From positions 780,001-812,000 of the forward strand of contig NZ_LNTB01000001.1 in the NCBI RefSeq assembly GCF_001462395.1: DNA of 32,000 bases, in the 5' to 3' direction. Below the pieces are notes generated by a model. It saw nothing but the letters and a program-made list of their open reading frames with translations, was not told where the DNA came from and made no database searches. The position numbers and the translations under genes were made by a program. Origin of the DNA: Pyrodictium occultum (GTDB lineage: Archaea > Thermoproteota > Thermoprotei_A > Sulfolobales > Pyrodictiaceae). Shown in pieces: positions 7,856 to 14,011 of this stretch (the first letter of the stretch is position 1; every line of letters begins with the position of its first letter).

Positions 7856-8598
7856 GGAGAAAGCCCTACGTCCTTCTCCTTCGCCCGCCTGGCTCTGAGC
7901 CGGGGCGCCTAGCCGAGGTAGCCATTGTAGCCCACATACCCGTCGTGGATCTAGAGCCCCTGCCGGGCGCGGCGGAGAAGATACGGAGCCTGCTCGGCAG
8001 CTGCGACTGGGTAGCATTCACAAGCCCAAGGGCCCCCTTCCTCCTCGAGAGCCTAGCCGGGGAGCTGCAGAGGCTCCAGAGGGAGGGCAGTATCCGCGTA
8101 GCAGCCGTGGGCCCCAGGACGAAGAGGGCCCTCGAAGCCTTGGGGCTTCGCGTAGACCACGTGCCGAGGGAGTACCGAGGGGCGGCACTGGCCCGGGAGC
8201 TGGCGGGGCGGAGGCCAGGCTGCGTCCTCCTCCCCCGCTCGGAGAGGGCGGTGCCAGAGCTGGCGGAGCTGCTGAAGAGGAGCGGTGTCCGCGTCGTCGA
8301 GGTGCCCCTCTACAGGCCGGTTGCGTTGGACCCCCTGGCCGGCGCGGCGGCAAGCGTGGCCGATCGGTTCGACTACGTGGTTTTCACCAGCCCGAGCGTG
8401 GCCGAGGTGTTTGCCCGCCACTACCCGAGGCCCCGGAGCCCAGGCTTCACCCCGATCGCGATAGGCCCCACCACAGCCAGGAGGCTTATAGAGCTCGGAT
8501 TCCCGGCGCCGCCCTACCCCGAAGAGTACACCATGGAGGGTGTGGCGAGGATCATAGAGGAGCTGTGGAGTAGGAGGGGGCCCCCGCAGCCGGGTTGA
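7840..8598 (+). CDS. hemD: Uroporphyrinogen-III synthase
   Basis: 252 aa with HEM4-like two-lobe pattern (VLLLRP..., WVAFTSPRA..., AAVGPRTKRALE, YVVFTSPSVAE, IAIGPTTA). TTG 7840 overlaps the cobA end by 16 nt. There is no other start codon before the conserved N-terminus. Confidence 0.8.
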   Translation: MEAELRRKPYVLLLRPPGSEPGRLAEVAIVAHIPVVDLEPLPGAAEKIRSLLGSCDWVAFTSPRAPFLLESLAGELQRLQREGSIRVAAVGPRTKRALEALGLRVDHVPREYRGAALARELAGRRPGCVLLPRSERAVPELAELLKRSGVRVVEVPLYRPVALDPLAGAAASVADRFDYVVFTSPSVAEVFARHYPRPRSPGFTPIAIGPTTARRLIELGFPAPPYPEEYTMEGVARIIEELWSRRGPPQPG

Positions 8599-8599
8599 C

Positions 8600-8675
8600 T
8601 GGTAGCCGGGCGGGGATTCGAACCCCGGTCACGGGGGCCAAAGCCCCGCATCCTTGGCCGCTAGACGACCCGGCT
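8600..8675 (-). tRNA. tRNA-Gln (anticodon UUG), CCA encoded
   Basis: The reverse complement folds as a 76-nt cloverleaf. Acceptor AGCCGGG/CCCGGCU, D arm GUCU-AGCGGCCAA-GGAU, anticodon arm CGGGG-CUUUGGC-CCCCG (anticodon = plus-strand 8639-8641 caa). Variable loop UGAC, T arm CGGGG-UUCGAAU-CCCCG, discriminator A, CCA. A1-U72 is typical of archaeal tRNA-Gln. Confidence 0.9.
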
Positions 8676-8824
8676 GCCCTCCCCGCGACCCCAAGATCTC
8701 ATTGGCAGCGGGCCGGGTCTGGCCTTTTCTGGCTACCGCCTCCACGTGGGACGGGGGTGGGCCTAACGCTTAATACAGGCCAAAAGCTGGGATAGTAGAA
8801 CGACCCCGTGAGGGCCGGAGAACC

Positions 8825-9193
8825 TTGATACACCACCGTGGCGGCCTGGGCCTCATACTACCCAGCCCCGAGCAGGTTGCCTCCCCGAGCCGCGCCCTCG
8901 GCCTCGTGGGGGAGCTAGCCCGCGCCGTCGCATACGCTCACGGCCTCGGCTGGGTCGCAGCCCCGATTGGCTGGTGGAGCCGCCGCCTCTGCCCCGTCCT
9001 CGCCGGGCTCGACTGCATGGGCCTAGAGGAGGAGGCGATACCAAGCGTCGCCGACGAGATAGTTGAGGTTGAGGCCGACTCGGCTAGGCCGAGGCACGCC
9101 CAGGCCCCGGGTAAGCTCGTGCTGCGCTACTACCTTGACACGCGCCGCGGCCGGGTCCTCTACCTCGGCAGGGCCCTCGCTGCCAAGGCCTAG
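8825..9193 (+). CDS. Hypothetical protein (122 aa), no recognisable family
   Basis: Strong G-non-G-N / C-ending codon periodicity in this frame. TTAATAC at 8770-8776 is a possible TATA box, and GGAG at 8817-8820 lies 4 nt before TTG 8825. The opposite-strand ORFs here are Arg/Gly/Pro junk. Confidence 0.4.
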   Translation: MIHHRGGLGLILPSPEQVASPSRALGLVGELARAVAYAHGLGWVAAPIGWWSRRLCPVLAGLDCMGLEEEAIPSVADEIVEVEADSARPRHAQAPGKLVLRYYLDTRRGRVLYLGRALAAKA

Positions 9194-9224
9194 CATCGGC
9201 GGCCGGTACCCCCACCCTACATTA

Positions 9225-9340
9225 CCCCCTAGCCCCTCCTCTAGGGGGAGCCCCGGGCTGTGAGGGCGCCTGGGGGATATCCCCCTAGCCCGAAGGGCCA
9301 TGGCCCCGCCGCGGGGCCGTGGAGATGGGGGGTGGCCCCC
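9225..9340. repeat. Cluster of short GC-rich hairpins/palindromes upstream of the gcvT promoter
   Basis: CCCCCTAG 9225-9232 pairs with CTAGGGGG 9241-9248. CCCCGGGC 9251-9258 pairs with GCCTGGGG 9268-9275. GGGGGATATCCCCC is a palindrome at 9272-9285. There is a second CCCCCTAG at 9281-9288. GGGCCATGGCCC is at 9295-9306, GGCCCCG-CCG-CGGGGCC at 9302-9318, and GGGGGGTGGCCCCC at 9327-9340. Confidence 0.6.
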
Positions 9341-9374
9341 TCCCCGAGCCTCACCACAGCCCCCGGGGAGCGGG

Positions 9375-9382
9375 TTTATCAT
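9375..9382 (+). promoter_or_regulatory. TATA-like box (TTTATCAT) for gcvT
   Basis: AT-rich octamer ~40 nt upstream of TTG 9420. Confidence 0.45.
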
Positions 9383-9419
9383 GAGCCGGCGCCCCCGGGG
9401 AGCCTGGTGCAGCTAGGCC

Positions 9420-10559
9420 TTGGCCGGGCTACGCCGCATCCCCCTCTACGATGTGCATAAGAGCCTAGGGGCTCAGTTCGGCGAGTTCGCCGGCTGGGAG
9501 GCACCGATAAACTATACCAGCGTGATCGAGGAGCATGTGGCTGTACGTACTAGCGTCGGCTTCTTCGACCTCAGCCATATGGGTAGGCTGCTTCTCTCCG
9601 GGCCCGATGCTATACGGGTGCTCGACAGACTGGTGCCCCGCGACATATCCTCAGAGGAGGGCATGATGGTTGGGCCCACGGCGTTCCTCAACGAGCGGGC
9701 AGGCTTCAGGGACGACGTTATGACGTACAACCTTGGCTCTGAAGGCTGGCTTATTGTGCCGAACGCGGCCAACATAGAGAAGATCTATGCCTGGCTTGAG
9801 GGGTGGATAGGCAGGCTCAACGCGCAGGCCAGGGTGGAGGACCATACCATGGACTGGGTGCTATTCGCCATACAGGGACCCAAGGCCGCCGAGCTAATGA
9901 GGATGCTCGGCGCCCCAAGCGAGGTGCTCGACCTCCGCATCCTCCGGTTCCGCCGCAACGTGGAGCTGGAGGCCGCGGGCGCCAGGGCGCTCATAGTGTC
10001 GAGGAGCGGCTGGACCGGGGAGGACGGCTTCGAGGTAATAGCCGAGGCGGGGGAGGGCGAGAAGATACTCCGCAAGGCGGCCGAGTTGCTCCCCAAGCTC
10101 GAGGGGCGGCTGTGCGGCCTCGGCGCTAGAGACAGCCTGAGGATGGAGATGGGCTTCGTCCTCTACGGCCACGAGATAGACGAGGATACGACGCCCGTGG
10201 AGGCCCGCTACTGGTGGGTATTCCAGCCCGGGCCCAAGAAGGAGTGCGTCGGCTGCCCGGCGCTCCGCGAGGCCCTCCGCCGCGGCGCCTCGAGGGTGAG
10301 GGTGGGGCTAAAGCTGGGCAAGAAGGCCCGCGTAGTGCCGCGCCAGGGGGACAAGGTGTACGTGGAGGATGTAGAGGTGGGCTACGTGACGAGCGGCGCC
10401 TACAGCCCGATGCTGCGGAGAAGCCTGGCCCAGGCGTACATAGAGCCGAGCCACGCCCTCATGGGGATGACAGTGGAGGTCGAGAGGAGGGGTAGAAGAT
10501 ACAAGGCCAAGATAGTCGACTTCCCGGTGGTGCAGCCCAGCTCCAGGCCCCCGGCCTAG
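9420..10559 (+). CDS. gcvT: Glycine cleavage system T protein (aminomethyltransferase)
   Basis: 379 aa. Motifs: RIPLYDVHKSLGAQFGEFAGWEAPINY, VRTSVGFFDLSHMGRL, GWTGEDGFEV, LGARDSLRMEMGF. TTG start. Confidence 0.93.
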   Translation: MAGLRRIPLYDVHKSLGAQFGEFAGWEAPINYTSVIEEHVAVRTSVGFFDLSHMGRLLLSGPDAIRVLDRLVPRDISSEEGMMVGPTAFLNERAGFRDDVMTYNLGSEGWLIVPNAANIEKIYAWLEGWIGRLNAQARVEDHTMDWVLFAIQGPKAAELMRMLGAPSEVLDLRILRFRRNVELEAAGARALIVSRSGWTGEDGFEVIAEAGEGEKILRKAAELLPKLEGRLCGLGARDSLRMEMGFVLYGHEIDEDTTPVEARYWWVFQPGPKKECVGCPALREALRRGASRVRVGLKLGKKARVVPRQGDKVYVEDVEVGYVTSGAYSPMLRRSLAQAYIEPSHALMGMTVEVERRGRRYKAKIVDFPVVQPSSRPPA

Positions 10560-10729
10560 CCTCCTTCTCTCAGGAGACTGGCGTCTCCCCGGGAGCTATA
10601 TCCCGGTATCACGGGGATATCCGGCCCCAGGAGGGCTTGGAGCCGTCGCGGCGGCGCCGGGGTAGCACCCGGCTCTACACGGCCCCCTGGGGCTGAACTC
10701 CCAGGGATTCTCCCCAATACTCTGTTCGG

Positions 10730-11173
10730 GTGGGACGCGTGAGCCTCGTACTAGAGGAGCCCGCGGCACTAGAGAGCCTGGCCCACAGCTTCCCGGAAGC
10801 CGCTGGGGAGGGGGCCCGGGGCGGGCTAAGCATAATACGCTTCATGGCCGATGTGAGGACTGTGGCCGAGGCATTCGTGCTCGGCGGCGGGCTTGAGGGG
10901 GCCCGACTGCTCCGCATCCGGGAGGACTATAGGATGGGCGAGATCCCCAGAGCCCGGGTGCTGGTCGAGTTCGAGGGCCTGGTCTTCTACCTCTATGCCA
11001 AGCCCTACATCGATGTGGAGGATGTGGACGTGCTGGTGGACGAGGCGGGGGAGCTTGCCGAAAGGCTCGGCGCCGCCGAGGTGGTCCCCGTGGCAGCGGC
11101 CTACCAGTTCAGCTACGATGCCGAGCGCTACGCCCGGAGCATAGACGTGGAGACGGTCCGGCTGGGGCTCTAG
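10730..11173 (+). CDS. Hypothetical protein (147 aa); C-terminal half has a PD-(D/E)xK / Mrr-like nuclease-fold pattern (weak)
   Basis: VLVEFEGLVFYLYAKPYIDVEDVDVLVDEAGELAERLGAAEVVPVAAAYQFSYDAERYARSIDVETV resembles the E-x-K ... Fs..A..yA ... layout of restriction-endonuclease-like cores. This rests on eye-level similarity only. GTG start 10730 (alternative 10739). Confidence 0.45.
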   Translation: MGRVSLVLEEPAALESLAHSFPEAAGEGARGGLSIIRFMADVRTVAEAFVLGGGLEGARLLRIREDYRMGEIPRARVLVEFEGLVFYLYAKPYIDVEDVDVLVDEAGELAERLGAAEVVPVAAAYQFSYDAERYARSIDVETVRLGL

Positions 11174-12621
11174 CCCCGGCCCCTCCGCAGCCCCTCAAGC
11201 CTCTCGAGCACCAGGCGCCTGGCCACGGCCGGGTCGGCACGGCCCCGGGTCTTCCTCATAACCATGCCTACAAGGAAGTTGACTGCCTTAGGGTTCCGCA
11301 GCGCGTCCTCCACTGCCTTAGGGTTCTCACGGAGCACCTCCTCCACCACCGGCCGGAGCTTCTCCGGGTCAGCTATCCTCCGGAAGCCCAGCTCGTCCAC
11401 GAGCTTCTCGGGGTCAGCCCCCCTCTTGGCTATGTGCTCGGCCATCTCCTTCGCCTGCCTTATGCTTATCACCCCTCTGTCGAGGAGCCTCATCACCTTC
11501 GCCAGGTGCTCCGGCTTCACCCTGCGGTACAGCCCCGCCAGGTCGTCGTCCTTAAGCCAGTTTAGCAGGTCGTTCACCAGGTAGTTTGCCATCCTGTCGT
11601 AGCTTCCGCTGTACAGCCTGGCAGCGTCCTCGAAGAAGTCGGCGAGCACCTTCCTGGAGACCAGGACCCTCGCCACCTGCGGGCGGAGCCCGTACTGCTT
11701 CTCCAGCCTCCGGGCCCTCGCGTCCGGGAGCTCCGGGAGCGTGGCGCGGAGCTTCTCCACCAGCTCCCCGGGTATTGCCACCGGCGGCAGGTTCGGGTCT
11801 GGCATGTAGCGGTAGTCCTCCTCCGTCTCCTTGACCCTCGCCGGGAGGGTCACCTTCCTCACCGGGTCCCAGTGCCGCGTCTCCCTCCTCACCCTCCCCC
11901 CCTTCAGCAGCACATCCCTCTGCCTCGTTATCTCGTAGGCCAGGGCCCTCTTCACCTCGTGGAAGCTGCCTATGTTCTTCACCTCAACCCTCTCGCCGCC
12001 CTCCACGCTCACGTTTGCGTCCACCCTCATCGCTCCCTCCAGGCCGCAGTCGCAGGCGCCCAGGTGCTCGAGTATGCTCCTCAGCTTCTCCAGGAACGCT
12101 ATCGCCTCCTCAGGCGTCTCAAGGTCGGGCTCCGTGACTATCTCGAGGAGCGCGACGCCGCTCCGGTTGTAGTCGACGAGCACGTAGGGGCTGGTGAGGG
12201 GGCTGCCGCCGGGGTAGACTATCCTGCCCGGGTCCTCCTCGATGTTTATCCTCCTCAGCCTCACCCTCTTAGACCCCTTAGGCGTATCTATCTCGACGTA
12301 GCCCCCGGTGCAGATGGGCTCCAGGTACTGGGTTATCTGGTAGTTCTTCGGCAGGTCCGGGTAGAAGTAGTGCTTCCTGTCGAACCTAAGCATCCGTGCA
12401 ACGCTGCCGTTAACCGCTAGGCAAACCTGGATAGCCTTCTCCACAGCCTTCCTGTTCACCACCGGCAGCGCGCCTGGGAGCCCGAGGCAGACGGGGCAGA
12501 CGTGCGTGTTAGGCGGCGCCCCCCGGTAGTCGGCGCTACAGCTACAGAACAGCTTGGTCTTCAGGCTGGTCAGCTGCACGTGCACCTCAAGCCCTATAGT
12601 AGCTCTGGCCTCGCTCACCAT
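11170..12621 (-). CDS. gatB: Asp-tRNA(Asn)/Glu-tRNA(Gln) amidotransferase subunit B
   Basis: 483 aa. Motifs: IGLEVHVQLTSLKTKLFCSC, PVCLGLPGALPV, DRKHYFYPDLPKNYQITQ, plus a YqeY-like C-terminal tail. The length fits GatB rather than GatE. Confidence 0.93.
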   Translation of the reverse strand: MVSEARATIGLEVHVQLTSLKTKLFCSCSADYRGAPPNTHVCPVCLGLPGALPVVNRKAVEKAIQVCLAVNGSVARMLRFDRKHYFYPDLPKNYQITQYLEPICTGGYVEIDTPKGSKRVRLRRINIEEDPGRIVYPGGSPLTSPYVLVDYNRSGVALLEIVTEPDLETPEEAIAFLEKLRSILEHLGACDCGLEGAMRVDANVSVEGGERVEVKNIGSFHEVKRALAYEITRQRDVLLKGGRVRRETRHWDPVRKVTLPARVKETEEDYRYMPDPNLPPVAIPGELVEKLRATLPELPDARARRLEKQYGLRPQVARVLVSRKVLADFFEDAARLYSGSYDRMANYLVNDLLNWLKDDDLAGLYRRVKPEHLAKVMRLLDRGVISIRQAKEMAEHIAKRGADPEKLVDELGFRRIADPEKLRPVVEEVLRENPKAVEDALRNPKAVNFLVGMVMRKTRGRADPAVARRLVLERLEGLRRGRG

Positions 12622-12641
12622 ACCCCGGCGCCCCTACTCGC

Positions 12642-13151
12642 GTGGCCTGGGAGGCAGCGCTGGTCTTTGAACCCTCCCTGGGTCCAGCGGGCTTGCTCGA
12701 GGGGTGGGGCCGGGTGGGCCAGGCCAGGGACCCCGCGGAGAAGCTTATCGAGGCGGCGATGAGGGTGCTGCCTAACAGCTACGCGCCCTACAGCGGCGTC
12801 CACGTGGCGGCTGCGGTGGAGGCAGAGGACGGCACAGTCTACACCGGGGTTAACGTGGAGAACGCCAGCTACGGGCTCACAGTCTGCGCCGAGAGGGTAG
12901 CGGTGGCAGCCATGGTGACTGCCGGCCGCAGGAGGGTGAAGAGGATGGCCATTGTGGCCGACACCAGGGAGCCCCTCCCGCCCTGCGGCGCCTGCCGCCA
13001 GGTGCTCGCCGAGTTCGGGGACCCGGACACGCTGGTGGTATCCATCTCCGCGGCTACCGGGGAGAGGAGGGAGTGGAGGCTAGGCGAGCTGCTCCCCCAC
13101 GCGTTCACAGCCAGGCAGCTGCCGCGGAGGGGCTCGGACGCCGCTCCCTAG
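12642..13151 (+). CDS. cdd: Cytidine deaminase
   Basis: Motifs: SYAPYSGVHVAAAV, NVENASYGLTVCAERVA, PCGACRQVLAEF (Zn ligands C-A-E ... P-C-x-x-C). The start is uncertain. GTG 12642 lies only 20 nt from the gatB start. In-frame GTG 12714 would give a more typical ~145-aa protein. Confidence 0.85.
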   Translation: MAWEAALVFEPSLGPAGLLEGWGRVGQARDPAEKLIEAAMRVLPNSYAPYSGVHVAAAVEAEDGTVYTGVNVENASYGLTVCAERVAVAAMVTAGRRRVKRMAIVADTREPLPPCGACRQVLAEFGDPDTLVVSISAATGERREWRLGELLPHAFTARQLPRRGSDAAP

Positions 13152-13276
13152 TCCCTCCTCCGCAGCGGCCCCTCTCGGCCCCAGGGGGCCTCGGGACAGG
13201 CCGGCCTCCCCACAGCCCCCGTGGCCCGCAGCCCCCGGAGCCATGGCATATAGCCTGCCCCCGGCGGGGCCGCTAC

Positions 13277-13284
13277 ATTTAAAA
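13277..13284 (+). promoter_or_regulatory. TATA box (ATTTAAAA) of ssb
   Basis: Lies ~70 nt upstream of ATG 13355. GAGGAG at 13339-13345 is a likely Shine-Dalgarno. Confidence 0.55.
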
Positions 13285-13354
13285 GCAGGGGAGATGCTCC
13301 GTTCCACTCGTTAAGCGCGCTAGGCGCGCCCGTAGCGTAGAGGAGATCGTATCC

Positions 13355-13783
13355 ATGTCGGAGGAGCGTAATAATATCGTAAAAATATCCGAGCTCAAGC
13401 CTGGAATGAACAACGTGAGCGTCCGCGTCCGCGTCCTCGAGGCCGAGGCGCCCCGCACGGTGAACACCCGGAGGGGGCCCCGGACCATAAGTGAGGCCGT
13501 CGTCGGGGACGAGACCGGCCGCACCAGGCTCACCCTCTGGGGCCACGCGGCCGGCAGCCTCAAGCCCGGCGACACGGTCGAGATCTCCGGGGCCTGGACC
13601 ACAGCCTACCGGGGCCAGGTCGTCCTAAACGCCGGGGGCCGCGTCAGTATAAGACGCGTGGACAGCGAGAGCCTCCCAGCCGAGGACGAGATACCCGAGG
13701 AGACCCCCAGGGCGCCGGAGGACTGGAGGCCCCCGCGCCGCCAGGGCGGCTACCGCGGCCGCGGCTACAGGCCCCGCTTCTAA
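13355..13783 (+). CDS. ssb: Crenarchaeal single-stranded DNA-binding protein (single OB fold plus flexible RG-rich tail)
   Basis: KISELKPGMNNVSVRVRVLEA...RTISEAVVGDETGRTRLTLWGHAAGSLKPGD...AWTTAYRGQVVLNAG matches my recollection of the Sulfolobus SSB OB-fold core almost motif for motif. The tail is RRQGGYRGRGYRPRF. Confidence 0.9.
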   Translation: MSEERNNIVKISELKPGMNNVSVRVRVLEAEAPRTVNTRRGPRTISEAVVGDETGRTRLTLWGHAAGSLKPGDTVEISGAWTTAYRGQVVLNAGGRVSIRRVDSESLPAEDEIPEETPRAPEDWRPPRRQGGYRGRGYRPRF

Positions 13784-13824
13784 GCCTCCAGAGCTCTGCA
13801 CAGCGGCTCGATCCATGATCCCCG

Positions 13825-13829
13825 TTTTT
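13825..13829 (+). terminator. Oligo-T (T5) archaeal terminator after ssb
   Basis: CCCGTTTTTGC lies 42 nt after the ssb stop. Confidence 0.5.
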
Positions 13830-13960
13830 GCAACCCCTCCTTCCAGGCTCCTCCAGGCCCTCCAGGGCTCCCGGTAGCACCCGCTATGCCTGCGATGGAG
13901 CCCTCCCGGCGGGCTGGAAGCAGTCTCGTCGATAGCTAGCAGCGCCGCCGAGCAAGTATC

Positions 13961-13968
13961 TTTATAAA
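13961..13968 (+). promoter_or_regulatory. TATA box (TTTATAAA) of the ABC substrate-binding protein gene
   Basis: Near-consensus box ~45 nt upstream of GTG 14012. The nearer ATG 13996 is in another frame and terminates after 12 codons. Confidence 0.65.
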
Positions 13969-14011
13969 GTCGGGGAGCCTTATACCACCAACGACATGGT
14001 TAGCTCCAAGG

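Noticed and set aside
8595-8795. 66-aa plus-strand ORF
   Set aside because: It overlaps the well-folding tRNA-Gln gene on the opposite strand, and the product is low-complexity.
9241-9345. Possible glycine riboswitch upstream of gcvT (CUCUAGGGGGAG and CCCGAAGGGCC vaguely recall the GGAGAG and ACCGAAGGGGCAA cores)
   Set aside because: The 3' conserved CUCAGGCAAAAGGAC-like segment and the P1/P3 architecture are missing. The element lies upstream of the best TATA box, not in the leader. As far as I know, no glycine riboswitch has been established in archaea. I kept it only as an unexplained hairpin cluster.
8600-9419. Integrated element or att site next to tRNA-Gln
   Set aside because: There is no integrase and no duplicated tRNA 3' segment. 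The unassigned DNA lies on the 5' side of the tRNA rather than the 3' side, where archaeal integrases normally insert.
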